DNA of 64,000 nucleotides, from the NCBI GenBank assembly GCA_018238545.1, contig JABCTC010000012.1, positions 1 to 64,000 of the forward strand, given 5' to 3'. The notes beneath the pieces are model-generated. The model worked only from the letters and a program-made list of their open reading frames with translations, searched no databases and was not told the DNA's origin. Position numbers and translations under genes: made by a program. This document shows, piece by piece, positions 47,438 to 56,257 of this stretch (position 1 is the stretch's first letter; each line of letters opens with the position of its first letter). Source of the stretch: Candidatus Heimdallarchaeota archaeon. Lineage in GTDB: Archaea > Asgardarchaeota > Heimdallarchaeia > Heimdallarchaeales > Heimdallarchaeaceae.

Positions 47438-48721
47438 GTGAGCCCTATTTCCACAAAGAAATGTCCTATTTGTTATTCTATACTGCCTCACAAGGTTGTT
47501 TTTTGTCCAGTTTGTGGAACTGAACTTCAAACAAATATTGAGGAGGTTCCATCTGCACCTGAATCAGCCATTGAGCAAGTCTATAATTATCCAACTGCTA
47601 GGCGTTTGTACGGGGATGAACCATTAGAGACGTCTAATGCTCATGTAACTGATCATTTTAACGGAGAGCAATTTGCATGGAAAGTTTCTGACTCTGTTCT
47701 CCCAATTAAAGCAAAGAATCATACTAACTACTCTGAAATGTTCAATTCCCCCAAGATTAATCTGCAATTTATTAAAAACCTTAATTTGCTCGAAATTCTA
47801 CTATTTTCGGTTATAGGTCTATCGTACTCACTATTGCTAATATTCCAAATAGGTCTTTCAGGCTTGTTGATATCTAGTTCTCTAACTATTTCATGGATTC
47901 ACATTACAGTTCTTATTGTGTCATTAATTCCATCTTCATTATTATTGTATTTGCTTAATCAAAAAATAACTAAGACCTTAACTAGGCAAAACAATTCAAG
48001 CTTGGAATTGCCAAAATACCAACTGATTTCATTCCTTTTCGTGCAAATCACCCACCTTCTATCAGTAGGATTAATTGCTGCTGGGCTATTGACTACATTG
48101 CTACCATTAAGAACCTCAATAAATTCTATTGTTGTTGTGTATATTTTCGTAGTCATTACTGCTCTACTAGTGTCTATAATTTCTCCACCTTTTAGAATTG
48201 CAAAATTATTCACTTCTGTAAGAGAATCAGGAACAATACAAAATTATCAAGATTCTTTTCAATTTCCAAAAATTTGTTTGAAAAGATTTGTATTAATTAG
48301 TGTTTTCTCTTATCTTATTCCTGCAGTTCTCTTAGTTCTAGGTCTCCATTACTTTATCAATATTCTAGCATCAGTGTTTATTCCAAACTATGGAATCATT
48401 ACGACAGGTTGGGATATATCTTTAGGCATTCTACTCTGGTTACTACTCGCAGCAGCTATACTCTTCTCTAGTATTGAAGATGTGAAAACAACTTCATTTT
48501 ATGAGGGGTTACTGCAGAAATTTGTTAATCCACCATCGCTTAAATGGATGAACCAGGGATATAATCTAAACGCTTCTGGTAAGTCTGCAGAAATAGTAAA
48601 TTTCAATACTAATTCATCACTGTCATTAGATTCTAAAAATGAATTGTGTTCAACTTGCTCTGAACCTCTTGTAGGTGGAGCTGAGTTTTGTACTCATTGC
48701 GGAAAAAAAATAGTGGAATAG
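47438..48721 (+). CDS. Membrane protein with N- and C-terminal Zn ribbons
   Basis: CPIC..FCPVCG at the N-terminus, CSTC..FCTHCG at the C-terminus, about 6 TM between. Confidence 0.8.
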   Translation: MSPISTKKCPICYSILPHKVVFCPVCGTELQTNIEEVPSAPESAIEQVYNYPTARRLYGDEPLETSNAHVTDHFNGEQFAWKVSDSVLPIKAKNHTNYSEMFNSPKINLQFIKNLNLLEILLFSVIGLSYSLLLIFQIGLSGLLISSSLTISWIHITVLIVSLIPSSLLLYLLNQKITKTLTRQNNSSLELPKYQLISFLFVQITHLLSVGLIAAGLLTTLLPLRTSINSIVVVYIFVVITALLVSIISPPFRIAKLFTSVRESGTIQNYQDSFQFPKICLKRFVLISVFSYLIPAVLLVLGLHYFINILASVFIPNYGIITTGWDISLGILLWLLLAAAILFSSIEDVKTTSFYEGLLQKFVNPPSLKWMNQGYNLNASGKSAEIVNFNTNSSLSLDSKNELCSTCSEPLVGGAEFCTHCGKKIVE

Positions 48722-48729
48722 AAAGAAAA

Positions 48730-49473
48730 CTATTGTAATTTTTTGACAATTTGTTTCAATATTGTTTGTACGGTATTCAATTTATCTTCAAGTTTTCCTA
48801 TTCTTTCTACTAGAGTGTCAAATTCAGCACGAGAAACAGTTTCCGTACTCATTGAAGTTTCTGTAATCTGTTTTGTTCCCATTGCTTCTTTAACATCAAT
48901 AATTCCATCTGTTTCTTCCGGTGGATCAACCTCTTGGATGTTGTTTACTAATAACAATCTATATGCGAGAAAATCAAATGTTTCTTGAATATTTTGACCA
49001 GTTAAAGCACTTGTTTCACAGTAATAAAATCGTATACCTGTTTCAATTTCCAAACGATTGCAAAATTCAAGAGCCATGTCTCGTGAAACCCTTCTACTCT
49101 CTTCAAGATCGACTTTGTTAGCTACCACAAAGTAGGATAAAATGCCATTATTTGACCCTTCTATTGCTTCCTCAACCCAGTTGGAAAGATTAGTCATAGA
49201 TTTAGGATCTTGACAATCAAAGACCATAATAGCGGCCGTTGCACCCTTGTAAAAAGATTTTCTAACAGATTGATAACTATCCTGACCTGCTAAATCCCAT
49301 ATTTGAAAAGTTATTAGCTCTTCATTTTTTTCCATTTTTTTTGTTGCAAAGTCAGCACCTATGGTTTTAAGGTAACTCTCTTGGAATCCCTTTCCCATAT
49401 ATCTTTCTCTGATAGAAGTTTTACCCACTGCTCCATCACCAGCTAAAATGATTTTAAAATTCCATTTTCTCAT
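48730..49473 (-). CDS. Rab-like small GTPase with C-terminal coiled-coil extension
   Basis: G1 GDGAVGKT, G2 TIGADF, G3 WDLAGQ, G4 NKVD, G5 ETSAL; FYKGA RabF-like motif. Confidence 0.93.
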   Translation of the reverse strand: MRKWNFKIILAGDGAVGKTSIRERYMGKGFQESYLKTIGADFATKKMEKNEELITFQIWDLAGQDSYQSVRKSFYKGATAAIMVFDCQDPKSMTNLSNWVEEAIEGSNNGILSYFVVANKVDLEESRRVSRDMALEFCNRLEIETGIRFYYCETSALTGQNIQETFDFLAYRLLLVNNIQEVDPPEETDGIIDVKEAMGTKQITETSMSTETVSRAEFDTLVERIGKLEDKLNTVQTILKQIVKKLQ

Positions 49474-49485
49474 GACGATACATCT

Positions 49486-50187
49486 CTAATTACTTTTGGA
49501 GCTAGCTAACTCTTCTTCTAGTTCTTCTATCCGAACCTGACTTTCCAACAATTTTTTCTGAAATGTTTCTCCAACTTCAGCTTGAGTTTTCTCAAAATGT
49601 TCCTTGGCTTCCTCTAGCTCTTTTTTCATCTTGTCTCTTTCGTCTTTTGCTCTCTTGATCTCTTCACTTTCTCGTGCCTCTTGAACTGCTTTCACCATTA
49701 ATTCATCAAGACTCCCAGAGGAGACATCGTATTTCGTAGAAATCAGCATCTTTAGACTTTGCAACTCTTCTGCACTAACTATAGGTCGATTGGATATCAT
49801 ATCGCTTACTTTTTCATTTAATGCTTTCTTCTCAACTAGCAAATCAGCAACTTGAGCTTTAAATTTCCTATTTTCATCTGATAATTCAGATGAGTTGCTC
49901 AGTTCGATGTCCAGTGATCGTCGGAGATGTTCAAGATCATCTGTTCCTTGTCCGAGTTCATTAACATATTTCACAATCATGATCATATATTCTCTAACAA
50001 TTGGATGTAAGAGCTCCCAGTATTCAATTAGTTCTCTTTCGACATCTTTTAGCCTTGTATCTTTTTTGTCTGAAGGTAATTTAACATACACAGGACTGTC
50101 TACATTAAATGATGGCAAATAGTCTGGAACATAGTTGAAAATAGTTTCCCCTTTATGCTTTTTTGGTTTTGACATAGAATAACCCAT
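49486..50187 (-). CDS. Coiled-coil protein, probably co-transcribed with the GTPase
   Basis: Two heptad-rich segments; 12-bp gap to the GTPase start. Confidence 0.7.
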   Translation of the reverse strand: MGYSMSKPKKHKGETIFNYVPDYLPSFNVDSPVYVKLPSDKKDTRLKDVERELIEYWELLHPIVREYMIMIVKYVNELGQGTDDLEHLRRSLDIELSNSSELSDENRKFKAQVADLLVEKKALNEKVSDMISNRPIVSAEELQSLKMLISTKYDVSSGSLDELMVKAVQEARESEEIKRAKDERDKMKKELEEAKEHFEKTQAEVGETFQKKLLESQVRIEELEEELASSKSN

Positions 50188-50242
50188 GTAATTTAATTTG
50201 TTCTCAAAAATAAACCTTACGAAACTGATAAAACAAAAAAAA

Positions 50243-50539
50243 CTATGATCCGGTTCTTTCTTTCACTTTACTTTCTTGATTAAGCAGCGTTTTGTCTAAT
50301 TCTAGAAAACCTCTAAGAATTTGGCTATCAAATACAATCTCTCCAAACTTACAATAATTATCAATAAGTTTGTCAATTGTTTTATCACTCAATCCCTTAT
50401 CAATGAATTTACCCATTAAGAAATTCTTAACAGATTTCTTCTTCTTCTTCTTTTTTCTAGAATGCCATTTAAATTTTGTTCTAAAAATAATTCCATAATA
50501 AAGCGTAATTAATGGATTGAATATTGCCATTATACCCAA
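50243..50539 (-). CDS. Small basic hypothetical protein
   Basis: 98 aa; hydrophobic N-terminus, RKKKKKKK tract, FIDKGLSDKTIDKLIDNY motif; AGGTG RBS upstream. Confidence 0.6.
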   Translation of the reverse strand: MGIMAIFNPLITLYYGIIFRTKFKWHSRKKKKKKKSVKNFLMGKFIDKGLSDKTIDKLIDNYCKFGEIVFDSQILRGFLELDKTLLNQESKVKERTGS

Positions 50540-50564
50540 AGTTGCACCTCAGAATATGTTATTT

Positions 50565-50969
50565 TTATTCTTTTTTCTTTAACATAGAAGCAAATCGATC
50601 TAAATTGGCTGAGTACTCACAAATAATTTTTTCAGCTGTAGGTTTGGTAATTCCTTCTTCTAGTAATTTCTTGTAAATTGTTACAATAGCATCTGCAAAA
50701 CTGTCAGCCAATTCAACGTCGTAAATCGCATTTAGAAATTGCTCAACAAGAACACCAACTTCTGCTGAGAGAACCTTTACAATTTCTTTTGTCTGTGAAA
50801 AATCTTTGATAGATTTTTTGTGTTTTTCGCCCCTTAAATCGTTAATATTCTTTTTGCCTTTCTTAGTAACATAGTTATTGTTAGCCACCAAATCACCACG
50901 TTTCATGATATTCTCACCTATAGAATTTAAAATGTTTCCCCTCTGGGCTATTGTTAAAACAGATAACAT
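50565..50969 (-). CDS. Small helical hypothetical protein
   Basis: IYKKLLEEGITKPTAEKIICEY motif; GGTGA RBS suggests the real start is the internal MKRGD ATG. Confidence 0.6.
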   Translation of the reverse strand: MLSVLTIAQRGNILNSIGENIMKRGDLVANNNYVTKKGKKNINDLRGEKHKKSIKDFSQTKEIVKVLSAEVGVLVEQFLNAIYDVELADSFADAIVTIYKKLLEEGITKPTAEKIICEYSANLDRFASMLKKKE

Positions 50970-51012
50970 ATTTTTGAAATAAAATACAAAAATAATTCAA
51001 GATTAGTAGCTA

Positions 51013-51684
51013 TTAATTACTTTCTTTAGCAGGTTCACTATTTTTTAGCTGAATTGAGACATAAACGAATCTTTGAATCACAGTTATAACACAAAGAGCT
51101 GTTAATACCATGTAACCAATTGAGAAACCAGTTATAGCAAAATGTAGACCAATTAATTCTATATTGATAGCAAGAGTGCCAACTTGAAGTCCAAATGAAG
51201 GCACTAAAAGAACGACAAACATTAAAACCATCAAAACAAGCCATCTTTCAGCTCTCTCCATAATGCCCATAGCCATTTTCTTTACTCCAACACTTTCCCC
51301 TTTTGCTCTAATATAACTGATTAGAAGGGAAGCGGCTACCATTGTTATTCCAGTAATTGCATCAACCTGTTTGCTGAATATTATCCCTCCAAAAACACAT
51401 ACATCACTAATTCTGTCAAAAATACTGTCCAGAAATGAACCTTGTTTTGAATCAAGTTGCCTGTATCTAGCCACTCCTCCATCTATGAAATCCATTGCTC
51501 CTCCAAACCATATGAGTATAAATGCTACTAAGAAATTATCTAAAGCTAGAAATATTCCTGTAGAAATTGACAATAGCAATCCAATTACAGTAAATACGGT
51601 TGGATGAAGACCTAATTTGGCAAAGAAAATAATTACAGGCTGAACTATTCGAGTCAATGGTTCACGAATCTGGGAAATTACCAT
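51013..51684 (-). CDS. CDP-alcohol phosphatidyltransferase (archaetidylinositol phosphate synthase-like)
   Basis: DFIDGGVAR...GSFLDSIFDRISD signature; SYIRAKGE, GIMERAER. Confidence 0.9.
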   Translation of the reverse strand: MVISQIREPLTRIVQPVIIFFAKLGLHPTVFTVIGLLLSISTGIFLALDNFLVAFILIWFGGAMDFIDGGVARYRQLDSKQGSFLDSIFDRISDVCVFGGIIFSKQVDAITGITMVAASLLISYIRAKGESVGVKKMAMGIMERAERWLVLMVLMFVVLLVPSFGLQVGTLAINIELIGLHFAITGFSIGYMVLTALCVITVIQRFVYVSIQLKNSEPAKESN

Positions 51685-51861
51685 GGCAAGTCAAATTCCA
51701 TCTCCTCACTTTTTAATGTTTCTGTAACTATTATCCAATACATATTTTTGTTTATTTTAGTAAAAAGAATAAGTTGAATCCCCTTTCTCAGATTCATCTG
51801 AAAATTAGTTAAAATGGAAATTTTTTGATATGAATGAGTATCCAAAAATCGTTTTTATAGC

Positions 51862-52224
51862 TTATATTTTCAAGATTTCATTCATTTCTTCCATTTTAAT
51901 AAGAAATATTCGCTTGTTTCCCCTCTTATTGGTGGAACTTACCATATCATAGGAATTTTGTGAAAACCTATTTCCGATGATTATTGCCCCATCACAGTTC
52001 ATATCTTCTAACTTGTGCTCTGTTCTTATTATAGTGTTAGTTCCTATACTTTTCTTCCAATGAAAGGCAAACACTGCAAATCTTTGATCCTCATTTTCAA
52101 CAATATATGGTAAAATTCTATTATTTTCATCTAAATTTACATCACTTAACACTTTCACTTTACCATATCGATTGAGAAATTTACCGACCTTCTCTTCAAA
52201 CATCTTACTTTCCATCTTCTTCAT
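51862..52224 (-). CDS. Mrr-like restriction-endonuclease-fold protein, apparently lacking catalytic residues
   Basis: FEEKVGKFL, WKKSIG, GAIIIGNRFS pattern; the PD..ExK positions read PY..FAF. Confidence 0.55.
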   Translation of the reverse strand: MKKMESKMFEEKVGKFLNRYGKVKVLSDVNLDENNRILPYIVENEDQRFAVFAFHWKKSIGTNTIIRTEHKLEDMNCDGAIIIGNRFSQNSYDMVSSTNKRGNKRIFLIKMEEMNEILKI

Positions 52225-52317
52225 TAGAGATATTTTGTCGGAATATTTGATTGTTGGTAACTCTAAAGTATTACATTTGAAAGAAAATTTAGAAAAATTC
52301 CAGAGAATGAAGATAGT

Positions 52318-52632
52318 TTAACGCCTTCGCATCTGTAAACCTTCGTTTTTCTCTTCTTCTTTTTCGTCAGCATCTTTTGATGGTATTGAATGCTTATATG
52401 ATGTACGAGATGTGAAAAGAATAATCGATAACCCCATAATACCTAAGCCTGCAAAAAAGCCATATTCATTATCGAGAAATACTTGAAACACTAAAATTAA
52501 AGTCATTCCTGCTACAAAGAGTAGCCCAATGATGACTGTATATATTAAGTTGAATCTCTTATTGTGGAATAGCCCTGTCTTCTTTGTGGGTTGCTCTTCT
52601 TTTTCAGGCGTGTTCTTCTTTTTTGAGCTCAT
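52318..52632 (-). CDS. Small two-TM membrane protein
   Basis: 104 aa, charged termini, two TM helices with a short loop. Confidence 0.7.
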   Translation of the reverse strand: MSSKKKNTPEKEEQPTKKTGLFHNKRFNLIYTVIIGLLFVAGMTLILVFQVFLDNEYGFFAGLGIMGLSIILFTSRTSYKHSIPSKDADEKEEEKNEGLQMRRR

Positions 52633-52701
52633 ATTTGCTACAACTCTTTACAATTTAAGAATTTATTCGTTTAATGAAAGAGAATGAATGGAGTTAGAAC
52701 T

Positions 52702-53088
52702 TCATGGAAACCATTCTGGAAACATAACACCGGAGATAGGAACGCCCCCATTCATCATCCAAACAAGTGCCCAGATGGCAGTCATTGTTATGAAATATTG
52801 AAACATTGCAGATGTGAAATATGATCTTATTTTGATTCCTGGTTCTTTCTTTCTAAATAGTAACATCCAGACTAAAGAGATTGTTAAGAAAAGTAGTAAC
52901 ATGGTTAATCCTGCTGGCCACCTTACAAAGCGTGTAGCACCAAAAATTGCTCCCGCAACAAACGCTAGAACGACCTTAGACCAATATACTTGGTTCATTA
53001 CAGCCATATCTTTTATTTTTTGAAGGATATTCTTAGGTTTCAAACTATTTTTAATCTTATCTGTAAATTTTAATTTATCTGTGGACAA
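52702..53088 (-). CDS. EMC6/OPTI (Rab5-interacting protein)-like three-TM membrane protein
   Basis: VYWSKVVLAFVAGAIFG (TM1) and AMFQYFITMTAIWALVW (TM3) fit the YWxR...GxxxG / G..F.....W pattern of the family; TTG start with GGTGAT RBS. Confidence 0.7.
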   Translation of the reverse strand: MSTDKLKFTDKIKNSLKPKNILQKIKDMAVMNQVYWSKVVLAFVAGAIFGATRFVRWPAGLTMLLLFLTISLVWMLLFRKKEPGIKIRSYFTSAMFQYFITMTAIWALVWMMNGGVPISGVMFPEWFP

Positions 53089-53108
53089 TTCAAATCACCG
53101 TGATCAAC

Positions 53109-55124
53109 ATGAAGACATCATTATCTAGTATTGACATATCTGCTTTAGTACATGAGTTGCAACCAAAATTAATTGGAAGCTGGGTTAATAATATTTATTC
53201 AATATCGAAAAATCGAGTTATATTAAGATTTCGTAAGTCAACAGAAAGTCCTATGGAGCTCGTTATAGAACTTGGAAAACGCTTTCATCTTACGAAATAT
53301 GTTAGAAAAAAACCAGTATCACCAAACAACAAAATAATGACCCTAAGAAAGCATATTAGAAACCTACCAGTGAACAAGTTTTACCAAAGGAAACTTGATC
53401 GTGTGATAGTTTTCGAGATTGCTTATAAAGATGGTTTCTACAAATTGGTTATTGAATTGTTCGGGGATGGAAATTTTATTCTAGTCGGTCCAAACAATAA
53501 GATAATACTTGCTTATCATTATAGAAGAATGAAAGATCGTGATATTCATCCTGGAAAGATCTACAAATTCCCCCCCTCTCCTAACGAAAACATAACTACA
53601 TTAACTCAAGAGCTATTTGAAGAGAAAATTAAAACAGCTGAAGGTAAAATCATCAATTTTCTAAATGATATTCTTGGACTAGGACCGTTATATTCAAAGG
53701 ACATTTTAACTAAATCAAACGTCCAAACAAAAATCATAGAAGAATTAGATGATGAGTCTAAAGAATTGCTTTACAACCAGATTAGTGCATTAAAAGAACA
53801 TATTGCTGAGAAAAACTTCACTTTTACTAAGTATATTGATGAAGATGAAGTTGTTGATATCACCCCTTTAGAGCTCTCAAAATATAGTGATTTAGAGAAG
53901 CTTGAAATTGAATCATTCAATGATGAACTTGATGATTTCTTCTCAAATCAGGAAGAAGAACCTGAATATGTTGAAGATAAAAAAGTAACTACTGGAAAAA
54001 AGACCAAATATCAGAAAACTCTCCAGAGTCAGCAAAATCATCGAAAAAAACTGATACAACAAGAAGAAGAAGAGAAACAAAAAGGAAATCTACTCTATGA
54101 TTATTTTGCTGCAATTGATGAACTATTAACAACTATAGTGAGTGCAAGACAGAACGATATTCCTTGGGACAAAATAGTTGAGAAGCTAGAACTAGCTCGA
54201 GAAAAAGGTATCCCGTCAGCTGTAATTCTTGAGAAAATTAACCCTAAAACTAAACAATTATGGCTAAATCTCCTTAATGAAAGAACAGGTGAGAAAGAAA
54301 TCATTGAACTAGATTTTACTTTACCCTTGGTGGAAAGTGCTAATTTACTCTATGAGAAATCAAAGAAGGCTAGAAGAAAAATACCCGGAGCTAATGATGC
54401 AATAGCTAGATCGAAGAAACTGATTGACGATGTAGCATCTACTCAAGAAGAAATTATTGAGAAAGTCGAATCAACACCTATGGTACTTAAAAGAAACAAG
54501 CGCTGGTATGAGAAATTCCATTGGTTTTTACGTGGAGATCAATTAATAATTGGTGGTACAGATGCTAATTCTAATGAAAGAATACTGAAAACATATCTCG
54601 ATGATAATGATTATTTCTTTCATGCTGACGTTCATGGTGCTCCCTATGTCGTAGCTAAAGATGGCTTATCTAATCTTTCAGAAGAAGATTTTCAAGAAAT
54701 AGCTGTGTTCGCTTTAAGTTACTCAAGTTTGTGGAAGGATAATAAGCTTGTAGGAGATGTTTTTCGAGTTCTGCCCGATCAAGTTAGTCTTACTCCTCCT
54801 TCAGGGCAGTTTTTAGCTAAAGGTAGCGTCATGATATATGGTGAGAAGCATTATTTCAAGAATGTTGAAATAAACCATGCAATTGGTCTGGTAATTTTTG
54901 AGAACTATGCTCAAATTATAGGCGGGCCAGTAACAAGTATTGATCAAAGAACAACCATGTATGTTGAAATCAAACCTGGCGATGTTCCCAAAGGAAAGAT
55001 AGCTAATCAGATCAAAGCTAAGCTAGCAAAACAGTGCCCTTCTGAAGATCTTTACAAACTAGACGCTTTGACCATCAATGATTTATTACCATTCATACCT
55101 GGTGATGCAGAGATTATTGAATAA
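53109..55124 (+). CDS. rqcH: Ribosome quality-control protein RqcH/Rqc2 (NEMF/NFACT family)
   Basis: LSSIDI, LRKHI, DRV, IELFGDGN, GLGPLY, WYEKFHWF, NE, FHADVHGAP, PSGQFLAKGSVMIYG. Confidence 0.93.
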   Translation: MKTSLSSIDISALVHELQPKLIGSWVNNIYSISKNRVILRFRKSTESPMELVIELGKRFHLTKYVRKKPVSPNNKIMTLRKHIRNLPVNKFYQRKLDRVIVFEIAYKDGFYKLVIELFGDGNFILVGPNNKIILAYHYRRMKDRDIHPGKIYKFPPSPNENITTLTQELFEEKIKTAEGKIINFLNDILGLGPLYSKDILTKSNVQTKIIEELDDESKELLYNQISALKEHIAEKNFTFTKYIDEDEVVDITPLELSKYSDLEKLEIESFNDELDDFFSNQEEEPEYVEDKKVTTGKKTKYQKTLQSQQNHRKKLIQQEEEEKQKGNLLYDYFAAIDELLTTIVSARQNDIPWDKIVEKLELAREKGIPSAVILEKINPKTKQLWLNLLNERTGEKEIIELDFTLPLVESANLLYEKSKKARRKIPGANDAIARSKKLIDDVASTQEEIIEKVESTPMVLKRNKRWYEKFHWFLRGDQLIIGGTDANSNERILKTYLDDNDYFFHADVHGAPYVVAKDGLSNLSEEDFQEIAVFALSYSSLWKDNKLVGDVFRVLPDQVSLTPPSGQFLAKGSVMIYGEKHYFKNVEINHAIGLVIFENYAQIIGGPVTSIDQRTTMYVEIKPGDVPKGKIANQIKAKLAKQCPSEDLYKLDALTINDLLPFIPGDAEIIE

Positions 55125-55197
55125 ATATAGGAAAACAAGCAGAAAATGTAAAACCTTTAAAGGCACAAATAATCTTACGTTAACATAAGCAACTAGG

Positions 55198-55797
55198 ATG
55201 TTTTACAAAGTGAAATCAATATTCGATAGGAAAAAATTCGAACTTGCTCTCAGTGAGATAATGACAACTAAAGTTATTTCTATAACTCTTGAGACATCAG
55301 CTGAGGTTTGTGCAAAATTGATGGTTGAAAATCATATAGGTTCAATAATCGTTCTTGACAAAAATAACAAAGCACTTGGAATTATTACAAAGGAGAATTT
55401 GATTAAGAATGTAATCGCAGCAAACGCGGATGCATCAGCTGTTTTAGCTTTAGATATAATGTCAAGTCCTGTTATTACTGCTCCACAAACTATGACAGTC
55501 ATACAAGCAATGCAATTAATGTCCAAACAAAGAATAAGGCACTTAGTCATTCTTAAAGGAGGTAAAGTTGCTGGAATGTGTTCCGATACAGATATTTTCA
55601 AGGTTGTCCCCCAACTTATCATGCTGGAACAAGAATATTTGAAAGTATTAGGAGAATCTCAAATTACTGAAGAACTTCCCGATCTAGCAGGATATTGTGA
55701 CGACTGCAAAGAGTTTAGAGATGATCTCATCTTCCATCAAGGTCTCTATATCTGCCATAATTGTGCTCCTGTAGGATTGTTGGAGCGTAATGAATAA
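55198..55797 (+). CDS. CBS-pair protein with C-terminal Zn ribbon
   Basis: Two CBS repeats (IMTTKVI, IMSSPVIT, IRHLVI) plus GYCDDC...CHNC. Confidence 0.88.
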   Translation: MFYKVKSIFDRKKFELALSEIMTTKVISITLETSAEVCAKLMVENHIGSIIVLDKNNKALGIITKENLIKNVIAANADASAVLALDIMSSPVITAPQTMTVIQAMQLMSKQRIRHLVILKGGKVAGMCSDTDIFKVVPQLIMLEQEYLKVLGESQITEELPDLAGYCDDCKEFRDDLIFHQGLYICHNCAPVGLLERNE

Positions 55798-56257
55798 GTT
55801 CTATGCAGATTCAATGCTCGGTAAATTGGCTCGTTTCTTAAGGTTTCTTGGTTATGATACTCTTTATCGTAGTGAAGAATCAGTTGAGAAAATGTTAGAA
55901 ACCTCTATTGAAGATAATCGGATTGTTTTATCAAAATCAAAAGATATTGTAAATAAATGCAATAAATTGAGCATAAAATCTTTTTTTATGTCTGCTAATG
56001 AAATTGAATATCAACTCAGAGTGTTGCATAATGTTTTGCATCTAGAGATGTCTACCCCTCCCCTAAATACCAGATGCAGTATGTGTAATAATGAATTGAT
56101 TGAAAAAAACAAACAAGAAATTATTAACCTCATTCCTAAGCGTACAGCAAGCCATCATGATCGTTTTTGGCAATGTTCTGCTTGTGGAAAAATTTATTGG
56201 ATAGGTAGTCATTGGAAAGATATTGAAAAAACAATAACTAGTGCAAAAGTTGGTTGA
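55790..56257 (+). CDS. Mut7-C (PIN-fold) RNase domain protein
   Basis: FYADSMLGKLARFLRFLGYDT, RCSMCN, CSACGKIYWIGSH. Confidence 0.92.
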   Translation: MNKFYADSMLGKLARFLRFLGYDTLYRSEESVEKMLETSIEDNRIVLSKSKDIVNKCNKLSIKSFFMSANEIEYQLRVLHNVLHLEMSTPPLNTRCSMCNNELIEKNKQEIINLIPKRTASHHDRFWQCSACGKIYWIGSHWKDIEKTITSAKVG

